Shown here piece after piece: positions 63,822 to 64,000 of a stretch of DNA of 64,000 nucleotides. Positions within the stretch are counted from its first letter, which is position 1, and every line of letters starts with the position of its first letter. The stretch is taken from NCBI GenBank assembly GCA_965248355.1, contig OZ252098.1:907099-971098 (forward strand), in the 5' to 3' direction. The DNA comes from Candidatus Latescibacterota bacterium (GTDB lineage Bacteria > Latescibacterota > UBA2968 > UBA8231). The position numbers and the translations under genes are program-made. Below the pieces are notes generated by a model. The model had not been told where the DNA came from, made no database searches, and was given only the letters and a program-made list of their open reading frames with translations.

Positions 63822-64000
63822 GTCGTCCCAGGGTGCTGGTGGATCCCGGACCGTATGCGACCGAGGAGGACTGGAAGCGGCTGGAGGAGGTGGCCGAGGT
63901 GGTGCGCGTCACCGAGGAGCGGGACGAAGCCGGCCTGATCGATGATCTGGATGGATGCGCCGGCCTGATCGCGCAGGGGGGGAGACTTCCGCCGCTCACC
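63818..64000 (+). CDS. partial CDS (5' end only), possibly a D-isomer-specific 2-hydroxyacid dehydrogenase
   Basis: ATGA overlap with the MFS stop. Open to the window end: MSRPRVLVDPGPYATEEDWKRLEEVAEVVRVTEERDEAGLIDDLDGCAGLIAQ. This layout resembles N-termini of that family. Only 61 codons are visible. Confidence 0.4.
   Translation, partial: MSRPRVLVDPGPYATEEDWKRLEEVAEVVRVTEERDEAGLIDDLDGCAGLIAQGGRLPPLT

Overview
This is a 64-kb, very GC-rich (about 68-70% by eye) chromosomal segment. It probably comes from an uncultivated diderm bacterium: it has a beta-barrel outer-membrane protein, a lipoprotein signal, sigma-54-dependent regulation, RNase Y and a short RpoD-family sigma factor. An FCB-like lineage is only a guess. 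I support about 62 CDS, one tRNA-Asn(GTT), several promoter or terminator candidates and one short intragenic repeat. I saw no rRNA, CRISPR array, transposase, integrase or phage genes.

The window is mostly housekeeping genes (sodA, rny, dxr, queD, panB, a sigma factor) and dense catabolic operons, many joined by 1-4 nt start/stop overlaps.

The most interesting items are:
1. A PspA (IM30) envelope-stress operon at 14.35-19.0 kb. It sits behind a near-consensus sigma-54 -24/-12 promoter and carries three small membrane proteins (one a 48-aa ORF missing from the ORF track), a soluble TPR histidine kinase and a REC-AAA+ enhancer-binding protein.
2. A seven-gene operon at 48.4-56.6 kb that mixes an FGGY kinase, a DUF3311/SSS transporter, an atypical enolase-superfamily member, a long GHMP kinase, a family-III CoA-transferase and a tandem DUF5069-like protein. 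The last contains a perfectly conserved 27-nt internal repeat.
3. An unknown 466-aa protein translationally coupled to a D-aminoacylase.
4. An orphan NuoI-like 2x[4Fe-4S] protein coupled to dxr.
5. An AbfD-like enzyme with no CxxxC pair.
6. Two paralogous enolase-superfamily proteins with His where the third metal carboxylate is expected.

All functional calls come from motif recognition in the translated ORFs. No database search was run. Start codons are my best choice and may be off by tens of nucleotides. Many long Arg/Pro/Gly-rich ORFs in the track are high-GC shadow frames and were discarded.
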